A DNA stretch of 64,000 nucleotides, taken from contig OX597834.1 of NCBI GenBank assembly GCA_951406725.2, positions 930,001 through 994,000 on the forward strand. The letters are read 5' to 3'. The notes under the pieces were generated by a model, which was not told where the DNA came from, searched no databases, and saw nothing but the letters and a program-made list of their open reading frames with translations. A program made the position numbers and the translations under genes. Below, piece after piece: positions 1-13,967 of this stretch; positions within the stretch are counted from its first letter, which is position 1; every line of letters starts with the position of its first letter. Source of the stretch: Octopus vulgaris. Its lineage: Eukaryota.

Positions 1-1701
1 AGAAATACCCAACCAAACAAAGATAAGCCCCTGTACCTGACTTTCGTTGACATGGAGAAAGCCTTCGACAGGGTCCCCCGATCCCTTATCTGGTGGTCAA
101 TGAGGAAACTAGGGATAGATGAATGGTTAGTGAGAGCTGTGCAAGCCATGTACAGAGACGCTGTAAGTAAGGTGTGGGTTGGCAACGAGTACACTAAAGA
201 ATTCAGGGTAGAGGTTCAGTCCTCAGCCCCCTCCTATTTATCATAGTCCTCCAGGCAATAACGGAGGAATTCAAGACAGGATGCCCCTGGGAGCTCCTCT
301 ATGCTGATGACCTTGCTCTAATTGCTGAGTCACTATCAGAACTAGAGGCAAAGTTTCAAGTGTAGAGACAAGGATTAGAATCGAAGGGCCTTAGAGTCAA
401 TCTAGCTAAAACCAAAGTCCTAATATGTAGGAAGGCAGACAAATCACAAACGCCTTCAGGTAGATGGCCCTGCTCGATCTGTAGAAAAGGCGTAGGTAGA
501 AACTCTATAAGATGCACCAAGCGTAAGCTATGGACACATAAGAGGTGCAGCAATGTCAAAGGAAGGCTAACTAGGAAGATAGTTTTTGTATGTGGCAGAT
601 GCTCAAGAGCAATAAACACTGAAAATGCTCTGAGAGCAACTTCCGTCACTTTCCAGGGAGAAAAACTAGAAATAGTTGATAGCTTCCGTTACCTAGATGA
701 CCAAGTCAGTAGCAGAGGCAGGTGTGCTGAAAGTGTAAATGCTAGAGTAAGAATAGCCTGGGCAAAGTTCAGAGGGCTCTTACCTCTGCTGGTGACAAAA
801 GGCCTCTCACTCAGAATAAAAGGCAGACTGTATGATGCATGTGTACGAACAGCCATGCTACATGGCAGTGAAATGTGGGCCGTGACTGCTGAGGATATGC
901 GTAAGCTCACAAGAAATGAAGCCAGTATGCTCCGATGGATGTGTAATGTCAGTGTTCATACTCGACAGAGTGTAAGTACCTTGAGAGAAAAGTTGGACCT
1001 AAGAAGCATCAGTTGTGGTGTGCAAGAGAGATGTTTGCGCTGGTATGGTCATGTAGTGAGAATGGATGAAGATAGTTGTGTGAAAAAGTGCCACACCCTA
1101 GCGGTTGAGGGAACCTGTGGAAGAGGTAGACCCAGGAAAACCAGGGACGAGGTGGTGAAGCACGACCTTTGAACTTTAGGTCTCACCGAGGAAATGACCA
1201 GAGACCGAGACCTTTGGAAGTATGCTGTGCGTGAGAAGACCCAGCAGGACAAGTGAAACCATAACCCGTGGCCTCTACCTGGGACGTAGCCAGCCCACTT
1301 ACGCATACCTTTCCTTCTTGTGACACAAACCCTACTTGTGAAGACCTGTTGAGGCAAGTGAAAATCGAAATCTATCAACATCAATGGAAATTGCAGCTGT
1401 GATACCAGTGCCGGCGGCACATAAGAGAACCGTCCGAATGTGGCCGTTGCTTGCTCTGCCCCGACTGGCCTCCGTGCCGGTGGCACGTAAAAAGCACCAT
1501 CCGATCATGGCCATTTGCCAGCCTCGTCTGGCACCTGTGCAGGAGGCATGTAAAAAGCACCCACTACACTCATGGAGTAGAACACTGCCAGATCAGACTG
1601 GGCCTGGCACAGCCTACTGGCTCCCCAGACCCCAGTTGAACCGTCCAACCCATGCTAGCATGGAAAACGGACGTTAAACGATGAAGATGATGATGATGAT
1701 G
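1..1701 (+). mobile_element. RTE-clade LINE, 3' part, frameshifted (copy 1)
   Basis: RT motifs FVDMEKAFDRVP and LLYADDLAL, a Cys/His finger, and C-terminal GRGRPRKT. The 3' UTR has gtgccggtggcacgtaaaaagcacc repeats and a (GAT)n tail at ~1680-1701. Homologous to 28780-30467 and 41951-43707. Confidence 0.93.
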
Positions 1702-2235
1702 AGTGAGAGAGCAGTGCATGCCATCAAAGTGACATTGGGGTAAAATATATGAAGCCCAGTATACCCATCATGACTACCCATCTGAAAAGGGAACACCAGG
1801 CACATGCATCACAACCACATGTACTCAACATGGTGATCTCATATCAAGATAAACAGTGCATGACCTTGCAGGTGGGGCCCAGTTAGAATTTTCTTCATGT
1901 CGTGTAGCTCATCCCACTCAAAAGGTCCCTGAATAAGGGTTGTTTAAGGATGTTGAACGAAACACCCATGTTTCCAGAGGTAAATTATTCAAACCCTAAA
2001 GAATTCCTCTCAACATATGGCCATGATGCTCCCCCACTAGTTCTACTGGTAATCAGAGATATGCATTTTGTCAGCCACTAAAGGACATTCTCAACTGATT
2101 ATGGTCAAACAACTGACTTCAAATCTGTAGTGTTGAGCAGAATATTTGCTGTAGCCCATCTTTTATACGAAAACAAAACAATGTACATGATAGCACTTCC
2201 AATCAGTTAAGATCAGAAGCCATGAGAGCCAGTGC
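1702..2235. repeat. Unclassified dispersed repeat, copy A
   Basis: Starts agtgagagagcagtgcatgccatcaaagtgac and aligns over ~440 bp with 3442-3885. Confidence 0.7.
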
Positions 2236-2239
2236 TTGA

Positions 2240-3440
2240 TTATTATTATTATTATTATTTACTTTTAATCTGCATGTTTGTCACAATAACTTGCCGAGAC
2301 ACATCCACTGTGCTAGGGCGAGTGAACGATAGGAGATGCTACAGTATGACTGAAAGCTTGGGGAGGGGAATGGCAGGGGCAGTAGCGAAATATCTTCATT
2401 TAAGACAACACGGACATTTAAACACATAGGGTTTTTCTAATGTTATGGGCAGTACTTGTCAGCACAGCCTTTTGGATTTTTCTGAGACATAATTCTCAAT
2501 GTTTCTGATGTCCCTTTCTTATCATACCAAGGGCACCTATAATAACAGGAACAGTTCTAGCTTTAAGATGCCACATTTTTTGCATTTCAATTTTCAGGTT
2601 CTTATATTTAATTAATATGTCAAATTCCTTTATAGATACTTACATCTATTAATCTACAAGCATTAAGAACACTTACATCTATTAATCTACAAGCATTTTC
2701 TTCACTGTTCTTAATGACTATGTCTGGTTGATTAGTCTGGATTGTTCTGCCGGTGTTGACTGGAATATTCTACAGGATTGTGAAATTTTTACCTTCAACG
2801 TCTGGCTCAGGATAATGTTCATACCAGTAAGCAGGAGAGCTGATTTTGTTGTGTTTACATATTTTCCATTGTAAATACTGTCCTACCCTATTGGGGCGAC
2901 TTTTTGTATTCATTTAGTGTCAGGACTGGACATCCCAAGACGAGATTGTCTCTTGTTTCATCAAATGTATTGTAGAATCTGCATTTATGGTCAGAACTGT
3001 TTTGAAGAACATTGGCCTGGTAGTTTTTCGTAAGCAGTGTCTGCATTCAGTCCTGAACTTCTCAGCCACTGATGGGTTATTGCTTGGTCTGCATATATAC
3101 TGTCCATGCAGAGGCTTCTATCTCCACTGCTCCTCAGCTTGTTTCTACCCATTCTTTTTTGCAGTCTGTTTGATCTATTTTGCCTGTTTGGTGGCAGTAG
3201 TTTCAGGTTCTTCACCTAATTCAGGGATAATGCCAAGTTCCCTTGCGAATTTGCAAGCTTACTTGACATTAGAATGTGATATTTTGCTGCTTTCGTATCT
3301 CTATACAAGCAGATCTTATAGCACAGTTCTACCAGCATCTTTCTTCTTCCCCAATTACTTCTAGGTAGGTACAGATGATCAACGTCTGCCTTTGGATGGT
3401 CATGTTCCTAGATGCTAGTAGTTTTCTTGCCTTCCTGTCC
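2240..3440 (-). mobile_element. Degenerate R4/Dong-like (RLE) LINE 3' portion with (TAA)n tail
   Basis: Minus-strand zinc-knuckle remnant KCRF..FDETRDNLVLGCP. A (TAT)n run sits at ~2240-2258, and the same 3' UTR segment recurs at ~6600-6710. Confidence 0.6.
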
Positions 3441-3441
3441 A

Positions 3442-3885
3442 GTGAGAGAGCAGTGCATGCCATCAAAGTGACATGGAGCAAAATATACAAAGCCCAATAT
3501 ACCCATCAAGCCTACCTGTCTGATAACAGTACACATGCATCATAACTATATATACACAAAATGGTGATTTCATATCAAGATAAACGCTACATGACCTTGC
3601 AGATGGGGCCCAGTTAGAATTTTCTTCACGTCAAGTAGCTCATCTCACTCAAAAGGTCACTGAATAAGGGTTGTGTAAGGATGTTGAACGAAACACCCAT
3701 GTTTCCAGAGGGAAATTATTCAAACCCTCTCAACACATGGCTATGATGCTCCTACTACTTCTACTCATGATCAGAGATGTACATTTTGTCAGTCACTAAA
3801 GGACGTTCTCAACTGGTTAAGGTCAAACAACTGACAAACAAATCTGTGATATTGAGCAGAATATTTGCTGTAGCCCATCTTTTAT
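3442..3885. repeat. Unclassified dispersed repeat, copy B
   Basis: Diverged direct copy of 1702-2165. Confidence 0.7.
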
Positions 3886-4539
3886 ATATAGTAGAAAGGG
3901 TTGTTGTTGTTGTTGTTATTAGTAGTAGTAGTAGTAGAAGTAGAAGCAGCAGCAGCAACAGCATTAACTCGGCAAGCTAGCAGTATCGTTTCCCCACCGA
4001 GGAAAATGTTTAGCGGTCTTTCGTCCTGAGCTCAAATGCCGCCAAGGTTGGCTTTGCCTGTCAGCCCTTGCTGTCGATGAAATAAGTATCAGTTGAATAA
4101 TGGAGTTGATGTTAGCCTTACATTTTATCTGGTGGGTGGGGTCAATAAAACAAAGAACCAGTTTAATATTGTTGTCGAATAAACGACTTTCTGCCTTACA
4201 AAAGAAAACTAGGGACCTTCTACCTCGGTTAAAAAATATTTTTTTATAACATTTCTGTATTTACGTTATTTTTCTTTTTAGAAGTATCAGAAGTATTTAA
4301 ACAACCAAACTATGTTATCGGTGGAACAGTGCCTTGTGTATTTTAATAATTATACTATGATTATTTTACTAAACGTGGATGCAAAACCGAATGTATATTG
4401 AATAATAAAATATCGCTGAAACACATTTCTTTCACTTTTCTTTATTATTCTATGAGTTGCAAATTGCAATCACAGGCGTACATGCGCATGCACACACACA
4501 CCCTTGTATGCATACTTATATTTATATTTATATAAGCTT

Positions 4540-5131
4540 ATGAGGGGTTTCCACACTTTAGGAATGGTCACTTGTTGCTTGAAGACCAACCTCGTTCAGG
4601 GTGACCGTTGACCTCCCGAGCGCATGAAAACGTCATGAAAATTCATGAAGTGATCTTGGAGGACCGTCACCAAGCAATTGACGAACTTGATGTAACTGCT
4701 GTGTCCTGGAGCCCCTGCCACAAATTTTGAGTGAGGAATTGCGAATGAAAAGAGTTGCAGCAAAGTTTGTGCCTTGCTTGCTTACGGAAGATCAAAAGCC
4801 GTCACGACTGAATGCATGTCATGAACTGAAAGAACAGTTGGAAAGTTGAACCTCAGAACTCTCTGCATTCAATAAAACAGGTCATCACTGGTGATGAAAG
4901 CTGGTGTTACAGAATTTTCAGATATGGAAAAGGTAAATAAAAAAGTGATGGAGACGTTAAAAGGTATCACTTTGCAACTGTTCCAGGACTGCTTTGAATG
5001 GTGGAAGTGTGCCTGGACCGATGCATTGCTTCAAACAGAGAATACTTTGAGGCGATAAAAGTGTAAACATGTAAAACTAAGTGAATAAAATAATATTGCA
5101 AAATTCCAGTTTCTTTTGGGTACCCCTTCGT
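4540..5131 (+). mobile_element. Mariner-type DNA transposon remnant, internally deleted
   Basis: Translates to EDQPRSG, MKRVAAKFVPCLLTEDQK and VITGDESWCY. Ends in a TIR-like ttttgggtaccccttcg followed by TA. Confidence 0.8.
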
Positions 5132-5169
5132 ATATGTGCATGCATACACACATACATACATGCTTTCAG

Positions 5170-6050
5170 TAAACCCCTTGTCATTCATGTTAAAGAAGTT
5201 TGAAGGTTATCTCAATGTTTCTTTGTGGACGATGCAAAGAATATGCATGTGAGGAAAAAGAGCCTTGACCTAGTTGCAACATTCTCAAAGGATGTAGGGT
5301 TGGAGTTTGGTCAGGATAAATGTTGTTATATGGTTGTGAAAAGGGGCAAAATTATAAACCAGACTAATAACATCTCCATCAACGATTTGACTGTTTCCCC
5401 CGTATCTGACGAGGAATGTTACACATATCTAGGGGTGGCTGAAAATATGTTTTACAATGGCACTTGCAACAAAACACATGTCACTAAAGAATATTACAGC
5501 CGAATAAAGAAAATTTGAACCTCAGAACTCTCTACATTCAATAAAACAGTGTTCCACAATGTGCCAGTACTCGTAGCAACGTTTGGGCTGGTTGACTGGA
5601 TGCTTGATGAGATCCGAGCCATTGATGTGAAAACCCGAAAAATACTAACAAGCACATAATTTCAACATAAACAGTGGCACAGACTGCCTCTACCTAAAAC
5701 AGAAACAAGGTAGTATAGTCTTAACATAAGACTTGAAAGGCAGTCCTTGAGCAAGACGCTCTGTCTGATACATGCCCAAAGAAGTCACACGACTCCACTG
5801 TAACATATCAGATGATAGGATGAGCCTGTATGAGCAGAAGACTATGCATAGATATATTAGCAGAAAGCTCCATGATATTAGTAAAATCGATTATCAAAGT
5901 AGTTTATCATGGACCAATAGCTGGATTACTACCTTCCCCTTTGAAGGGTATGCATTTGCAGTCTAAGAACAGGAAATATCAACAAAGTACCTGATGCACA
6001 AAAGGGATAGAAATGCAAGAAAAGCAGTAAAATGTGATAACCAGGCAGAC
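5170..6050 (+). mobile_element. R4/Dong-like LINE RT fragment
   Basis: FFVDD..FSKDVGLEFGQDKC, YTYLGV and FEGYAFAV; homologous to the 58655-60630 element. Confidence 0.75.
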
Positions 6051-6054
6051 TATA

Positions 6055-6420
6055 TAGGGATGATGTGCAGTTTCTAATTAAAAACCCATCAAGTAGAAAA
6101 TTAGAACTGTATAAGAAAAAATTCCATAAATTTGTTTTAAATCATGGTCTCTCAATCTCTATTGAAAAAGAAAATAACTCGATTAATTTTTTAGATATTA
6201 ACTTTAATCTTATAACTGGCAAATACGAACTGTATCATAAACCCAATACAAATCTAAGATATATTAATAATCTGAGTAATCATCCAAAATCAATCAAGAA
6301 AATACATTAACAACATAGAAAAGAAGCTTACTTATCTTTTGTATAATGAAGAAATCTTCTACAAAACTGCTAACTTGTATAATGATGCACTTGGAAAAGC
6401 AGGACATAAACACAATATCA
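6055..6420 (+). mobile_element. Penelope-like element RT/thumb fragment
   Basis: INFLDINFNL..YHKPNTNLRYINNLSNHP, the PLE FLD..Y.KP..SNHP pattern. Confidence 0.75.
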
Positions 6421-6789
6421 TAGACCCAGTAAATACATATTTAATATAAATAATGAAGACAAAATAATAGATAACCCAAATATGATACATACTGTAAAAA
6501 CTAAAACTACAAATGATAATAAAATAAACAAGGTAAGTATAGATAGGAAAATAAACCCCAGGATAAATGGTCAAGGTTTTAAAAACAGGAAAAATAATAA
6601 CTTTTAATCTGCATGTTTGTCACAATAACTTGTCACCCAGCATGCGAGGGTGAGTGAAGGATAGGAGACGCTACAGTATGACTGAACGCTTGGGGAGGGG
6701 GAATGGCATGCCGATATTCTGTAACTTGTTTATATTTTCAATCCACATCATTCACTGGTTGTTACATTATTGTTGTTATTTCCATTCAC

Positions 6790-7190
6790 AGCAGGTCTGA
6801 ACATTTTAATAAACCGTTTTTCTTTTATCTTTCTTCCAACCTCATTTGTGTCACGTAGTTTGTGGAAAAGAAAAATTAGAAACATTTTCTGACCACATGT
6901 TTCTAAATGTTTGCTCAATGGAATTTGGCGAACATTAGTGTCCCGGATTTGTTGTCTGTGGACTCATGAGCATTCCGATAATGCGTTCCGTCTTGCCAAT
7001 ATATAGTTCCTCACAATTAGGGCATTTAATGCAGTAGATCAAATTTCTGCTTTTGCAGTTCACATCTGCATTTGTGTAAAATCTGCCCATTTTTTGGTTC
7101 TAATGGATCTACCAGTATGCATGTATTGACATATTCCACATCTGTTATCATTACACTTGGATACTGTTTGTTCATATTGAATTTTGCCTT
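6790..7190 (-). mobile_element. Penelope-like GIY-YIG endonuclease fragment
   Basis: Minus strand reads NCKSRNLIYCIKCPNCEELYIGKT. Confidence 0.75.
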
Positions 7191-7661
7191 TTGCTTAAGA
7201 TAAGTGTTTGATTAGTTATTATGGTGCAAAGCTGTATCGGCCTTTGCCTTTCCCTTGGATAACATTGTGGCATAGAGAGGGGAGGCTGGTATGCATGAGC
7301 GCCTGCTAGTCTTCTGTAAACAACCTTACCTGGACTTGTGTCTCGGTTGGAAATTTTCTAGGTTGCTCACTCATGACCGAAGGAGTCTTGTGTGTGTGTG
7401 TGTGTAAATATATATATACCATTTTTTATGCTTTCCTTTAATTTTTTGCACTGACAAGAATGGTAATACATAACTATTTTAATTATTATTATTATTATGT
7501 TTTTTTCTTACATGTTTGTATTACCATTTGAAATGGTCAAATGTGGAAATTAAATTCTAATTTGAACATTTAACATCTTCTCTTCTCCATTTTTCTAATT
7601 GTTAGTAGGGCTTTATATAAGATTTTATCTTATACATACCTATAACAAACTTTTTAGTTTG

Positions 7662-7699
<38 letters not shown>

Positions 7700-7706
<7 letters not shown>

Positions 7707-7968
7707 TACAGATGTCAATCCATTATGGCCGTTTCTAACAACTCCTATAATTGATTAATGAAAATGAAATAGTAGCAGAATCACTGTAAATGATTTTGCC
7801 CCGTGGATGGATTTCAAACTATGTCAAGTCATTCTTATTGTCCTCTATTTTGAAGTTCATGAATTCATCTGACAGAAACGGTTTCTTTACAATGACGTAA
7901 TGTTTTCATTAATCAATTAAAGGAGTCGTTAAAAACGACCGTAATGGATTGACACCTGTACCTCTCTG
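7700..7968. mobile_element. MITE with long terminal inverted repeats (Tc1/mariner-like TA-CAG...CTG-TA)
   Basis: gaggtacagatgtcaatccattatggccgtttctaac... is mirrored by ...gttaaaaacgaccgtaatggattgacacctgtacctc. Confidence 0.75.
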
Positions 7969-10708
7969 TTACTCATATTTTATTCACCTGTCTCGGAATC
8001 TGCTCCTCATAAATATTATGGACAGTATTTTTAATATAAAGTACATGTCTGAAGAGCTAAGAGCGGATTTCTTCACTCAGCTCGGTCTAATTATCTACAT
8101 CCACTGCAACAATATCATTCGCCCGGTACTTATCTACCAAGTTTGATACTTAATATTGTGTGCGTATATTATTCCGACCTAATGAGGTGCCTCAAATTAA
8201 GTACCTAATTCAACTGAATCTTACCTATATCTATATATAAAGAAAAGGGAGGTAGTCAAGTTTTTTATAAATATTTATCTAGCGCTTTAGTCCCTTTGGG
8301 GCATTCATCAAGAATAATGGGGCTTTTAAAGAAAATTCATACATTTTATATATATGTGAGTGAGTTATAAAAAAATCTGAAGGCTGAACTTGTTTTCTAG
8401 GGTTTGGGGAAGATGTTTTGGGAGTGGTTGAGATGTTCTTTGTTATTTAGACTCTATATGTGTGGTAGTAATTCTGAGAAGGTGAACATCAGACGTGGTC
8501 TATGTAACCTAGGGCCAAGTTCAAAGATGTAAGACGCCATGATATCACTGTCACTGGAAACACCCAAAGACCATTTGCAGCTTGAGGGAACTTGGTTTTC
8601 ATGATATGTGGGACATGTTTTACAATCTTTACACTATTCACAGAGCAATGAGCAGCAGTCATGGTATCAGCATTTTGAAAATCCTGAACAAATCATCCTC
8701 AAATAACTCTACCAATATTCACATGGCTTCCTTTCTCCATGTCAGCTAACTTTTTCTCAACTACAATTTTAATCTTTGTGCTCTTCAACACCACTGACTG
8801 TTCACCAATACATCAAGATGTTCCTCAAAAAGGAAGACATAAAATGCATCAAATTTTGCCCAAACACCTTCTGTGTATGAGTGAGTGTGTGTGTGTGAGA
8901 GAGAGAGAGAGAGTGGGGATGACATCATGCTACCCCACTTCTTTGAACAAGGCCTTAATGTGAAGTTGCTGGAGACTGTGGTCAATTCTTGGCTGGAGAG
9001 AGAGCTGCTGCTGGAAGGCCGTGTATGTGGCAGCAAGATTCAGCTCTGGAAAGAGTCATAAATGGTTGTCGGAGAATTTCTACGATTTCACCAGCCCCTT
9101 TTCTAGCCACCTGATTCCATCAATTGAATTACATGGTTTACTATGTGTGGGGCACAGTTGTGAAAGAGACCCACTGCTCTGATGAGCTACTGTCCTACCC
9201 TATCATTCATTGGATATAAATATCCTCTGTTGCTGCTGAAACTGCCATCATCTCTTGTGTAGGACCCATCAACAGCTGCAGTAATCACCGAAAATATTAT
9301 GCCCGCTACCAACACTGCATCCATGTCCCGGCATTTTATAGCTCCACCTATAAGTATAACAGCCAAATCACCTTCAAACTATTCTTGACACTTGTAAGAA
9401 AGATGGTTAAACTTTGAATGTCTTTGATCACAGATCAGCTTCATTGTGTATAATCAGAGGCTAAACAACAGTGATTCCTCTCTTTGGCATCAATTTACTA
9501 TCTGTCCCTGCATGCAACCATGGTTGGAAAGTTCACCATGCAATCATGTGATTTTGTGTTCAATTACACTTTGTTTTAAAGTAGTGAAAGAGACAGACGA
9601 GCTGTCAACGAAAATCTATACTGAAGCCGTAGCAGATCTGAATGATATCTCATACACTGCGCAGCATCTGTTGCTGTAGAAATTCTTGAGGTTAAAAGCT
9701 AAAGAAAAACAAGTGTAAAAGATGCAGGGTGGGAACAAAGAGTTGGAAAGTAAATTGAACAGCTCTTGGCAAGATAAATGTAACCCCAAACCAGCTGTTG
9801 TTGCTCTTCAACATCATACAACACTGTTGTCGCTATTCATTTCGAGCACCCTTGCTATTTAAGGTTTCTTTCCTCTCCTGCCCCGTACCCACCTCGTTAT
9901 CAATCTCATCTTCCATTCAATTCAAACCTGCCGTCAGCCAGATCTTTCCTGAAACACCCTCTTCCTTTACATGTGTCCTGGAACTGGATAGCCTTCTAGT
10001 CTGCTCTTCCTTCAGCACCTCACCACACAACTTGAATCTGTTGTTGAGTAGAATCCTTCTCCCAAATCTCATATAAACACTGACTCCAACCTGTTGTTTC
10101 TATTCATGTTGCTTTTATATTTCACATAATATATTGGGTTCCTACACACTAGCTTGGTAGCAATTCTTGAGGAGAAAGAAATAATAATTATGGCAGAAGG
10201 AAAAGATGGCTCCTCTATGAGGTTACTCAACATACAAGAAATAGCAGCCAAATCTTCCTCACATCACATTGCCATCTTAAAAAATGGAAAGGACATATTC
10301 AATAATGTAGTCTTAGAAATATGAAAAGATGGCACGGTTGTGACTGGAATATTAATCTTAAGACTTTAGGCCTCTGCAATGAAGGCTGCCCTGAATTTAA
10401 ATAACAGCAACAACAAAATTGTTGTGTGGAAGTAGAACGCCCCTACTGGTTGGCTCTTAATGGACTGTGCCACAATATAAATGGACATATGCAGAAAGCG
10501 GTGTAGAATAGTATAAAGCTGAGAGTTGCATATTGTCGAGGGGTATTACCAGTATCTTGAGTAGAACGATTTGCGAGGATATTATCATTATCCCATGATT
10601 TTGTACATCAAACATGCGACAACAACAAAAATAATATGAATAAAACAACTGATAAAATAATAGTCAATGTTAAAAAGGTATTCTTTTCTTTGAAAAAAAT
10701 TATTGTTC

Positions 10709-10858
10709 TCATATAATAAGATTTTGTGAAAGAATTGATTCGTTAAATGTGGCTGTATTTGTTTCAGTATTATCTCTATGCTTGATACCGACTGAGTCAC
10801 AGAACTGCTTAAAGTGGGTGTGTTCTAGTTTCTTCATTACATTGTTGAGAGCATATAT
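10709..10858 (-). CDS. SVBP: SVBP-like gene, terminal coding exon: IYALNNVMKKLEHTHFKQFCDSVGIKHRDNTETNTATFNESILSQNLII*
   Basis: Acceptor ttgcctttcag, phase 0, 50 codons including TGA. It matches the conserved vertebrate SVBP helix as recalled ([22 protein letters not shown]). Confidence 0.85.
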   Translation of the reverse strand: MYALNNVMKKLEHTHFKQFCDSVGIKHRDNTETNTATFNESILSQNLII

Positions 10859-11171
10859 CTGAAAGGCAATAAGTAATGTAGTTAGTTAAGTTAGTGTTAA
10901 CATATTCAACGTAGGAAAGACAAATGAAAACAGATAGACAGATATATAGACAGATAGTTAAGTAGACAGATATATAGACATAGAGATAACCCTAATTAGA
11001 AATAAAGAACATAATTACATTGCAAAACTGCACTCAGATTTGTCGATGAGCTCTAATAAAACCGAAATATGTGCGGATTTCTCATCATGCGACCAAAGAC
11101 TATTTAGTGTAATTTATATTTAATCTGTTTTAAGTTATCTCTACCTTTCTTGGCCAGAAATGATTAACCTC

Positions 11172-11202
<31 letters not shown>

Positions 11203-11374
11203 AACATGGGTGCACACGTATGCATACACCGAGAATTCACAAAGTTTCCATTTGTTGATCTACCAGAGGTAGCAGTCAAATTTCCTTCAAATTGCACATT
11301 ACCATCTTAAATTAGGAATACAATGGATAATGAAGTCTCAGATAAAATCTATATGCCAATACTATGGTGACTGT

Positions 11375-11650
11375 CTACTCCTTACAGAGCTTGACTTTTA
11401 CTTCTACCTTTAGTTTCTCTTTCCTAGTGTAAGCTCTAAAATGATTTTTGCACCCTGAAAGGTATTTGAAGGGCTGATCACCTATACTACAATAGTGTCT
11501 CATCTCAGCATTGGCTCCATTTGCCACCTGTCTCCTATGGATGTTCAAGTGCTGCTTCAATCCTCCACTGACCTGAACGTATTTCACAGACATTGCACTG
11601 AAACTGATCATCCAGAGTGAGATTCCAATAGTTCAGGTACGCTGGGCACA
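11375..11650 (-). mobile_element. Degenerate Penelope-like GIY-YIG fragment
   Basis: KYVQVSGGLKQHLNIHR resembles the YVGQT..L..R...H motif. Confidence 0.45.
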
Positions 11651-12669
11651 CTGGTATGATCTTATACTAGCTTAAAATGTGCGTACTTTTGTACCTAAGG
11701 AACATTTAAAGAAGTTATAAGAAACTCACACAATGCGCTATTTGTTTATGAAATCTCATTTCATTTCACCATACTTAACTCTATCAAGCTGAAAATCTTT
11801 AACGACACTCCAAATCCCAGCTCTCCACGCTTCCCTGTGATTCAAGACTTTTGTAAGATAATTACACATACATACGTACGTATGTATGTATGTATGTGCA
11901 TGTATACATACACATAGGTGTTTGTGTGTATTTGTGTGTGAATGTTTCTGTACATACATATGTATACATATACATATACATGTATACATACACACACACA
12001 CGTTATGGACTTCTGCATTGTTTCCATCTGCTAAATCATTTCTAAAGACATTGGTAGGCACTGTCCTATATAGTAAAAGACACTTACCGTTCACTGGCAA
12101 GCTGAAACCGAAACCCCATGAATGTGAGCTGCATAATGTCACTCAAACCACTCTTACTATTTTAGCAAAGCAGGACATTAAATAGTGGAGTGCTAGATGC
12201 TTGATGGCCATAGAATAAACGGTATGGGCACGAACTGAAGACCTTTAATCAAAGTAATTAGTAACCGTGTTAAGGTGATCTCTACAAATTTTCTATAGAA
12301 ATTACAACCGGCACTGAAGTACACAGCATTGACCTATAAATGCGTTTAATATATTTTGTAACATATTATGGTTGCATAACGAAATACCAGCTTCCAGGAA
12401 GGTGTTTAATATGTAAATTAGTATATCCAATAATGTCACACCGTTATATGCAGTGGCTATTTAAGCAATGAGTTTGTGAATGATAAACGACTTAGATGGG
12501 TGCAGATGAAGGACCAAAATCTTCCAAAATATGGCAGATATGCTCATTACCCATTTTGACATCTTTAATTTCATTGTTTCTTTATAAGTGACGTCTCAGA
12601 TAGGAAGTGTCATCACAAAATTAGAGCTGGCTATAACTTCTGTAGAAAACCTGTGGAGATGGCCTTAAC

Positions 12670-13400
12670 ACACAATCAATTCAGCATTCCAATGTTTCAC
12701 TTTCATCAAACTTTTTCTTCTATATTTTCTGCCACTCCAAATATGATCATTATTTTACTTATCCAATGTCATATGCTTTTTTGTAATCTAGCCATGCTAA
12801 TTTAGTCCCATCTCTCTGTGTCTATAATTATCATTTTATCAACTAATAAGTGGTCTTTTGTTGCCCTACTTTGTTTCTTGCATCCTTTCTGCATTTTTGG
12901 AAGTAGATTGTTACTTTCTAAATGATTATATACCTTTTCCACTAAGATGCTGGTCTTAAGCTTCCGTATAAGTGATAAACAGTTACTTTTCAAGGGATCC
13001 TTGAGATATAGCAGAGTTCCTCCACTTGTCATCCAGATAGGGGCGTGGCTATGCTGCAGGCATTTATCCAGTTGTGCAGCGATCCTTTCATGCAACTGTG
13101 TAAAGTTCTTCAGCCAAATGATTGATTTTGATGCCCTTTTGTCTTGGCACAGTTGCAAGTTGCCACCCTGTGCTTTCTTTATGTCTCACCGGTCTGTTCC
13201 ACAGTTCTCTCCAAAATTTCCTGACGTTGTTCCATCTCTATTTCCACAAAAAAGACGCCTTCTATTCGATTGGAAAAGTCTATTCTGTGCACAGCCTTTG
13301 CATCATATTTTTTCAGTCTGGCCTTTAATGCTGTCCCCTTTTGTATCAATTCTTCGTGTACTATTTGCTTTCCTGTTTCTTCTTCTAACCTTTACTGTCC
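12670..13400 (-). mobile_element. R4/Dong-like LINE RT fragment, in an SVBP-like intron
   Basis: WLKNFTQLHERIA, PIWMTSGGTLL, QKGCKKQSRATKDHLLVDK and WLDYKKAYD. Confidence 0.75.
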
Positions 13401-13679
13401 TCTCAATTTTATGATTACTACCTCATTCAGTTGCTCCAGTTCTTTCCATGTCTTTTCTAACTTCATTCATATTCTCTGGCTGAAACTAATAATAGAATAT
13501 ATATACATCTGGGAAGACACTTGCTAAAGGTATCAGATACTGGGACTGTCCTTGAAACCACTTGTTTGGGAAGCCAACACACACAAATACGAGGTATGTG
13601 TGTGCGTATGTGATTATATTATTGAATGTTTCTTTCATTTTTAAGACTCCCTCGTTGGCTCATCTATGCATAAACTTAC

Positions 13680-13802
13680 CTCATGGCGTTGTTTATTTTT
13701 CATTTCTTCATCTTTTTGTTTTTGAAGTAACTTCTCCCGTCTTAATTCATGTTTCATCTTCTTTTGTTTAAAGATAGTATCTCTCCAAGTATTTCCCAAA
13801 GT
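13680..13802 (-). CDS. SVBP: SVBP-like exon A: TLGNTWRDTIFKQKKMKHELRREKLLQKQKDEEMKNKQRHE
   Basis: Acceptor gaatttcag, donor GAG|gtaagt, 123 nt, phase 0/0. It splices in frame to give KQRHE|IYALN, compared with RQRAE|IYALN in SVBP. Confidence 0.85.
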
Positions 13803-13921
13803 CTGAAATTCAGAAAAATAAAATATTTTTGAATTTCACTTGCTAATCCTTCTTTATATAAATTGTGTGTGTGTGCGTGTAGATATAGATAAAGAGATAT
13901 AGGGATATAGGCATAGATAGA

Positions 13922-13967
<46 letters not shown>

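Noticed and set aside
8049-8070. Hammerhead-like CTGAAGA-GCT-aag-AGC
   Set aside because: It lacks GAAA and stems I/III. Similar partial motifs at ~11044 and ~12235 are too degenerate to call.
10443-10598. Minus-strand frame ending in a hydrophobic GPI/TM-like tail
   Set aside because: It lies downstream of the SVBP-like stop with no convincing acceptor; probably 3' UTR.
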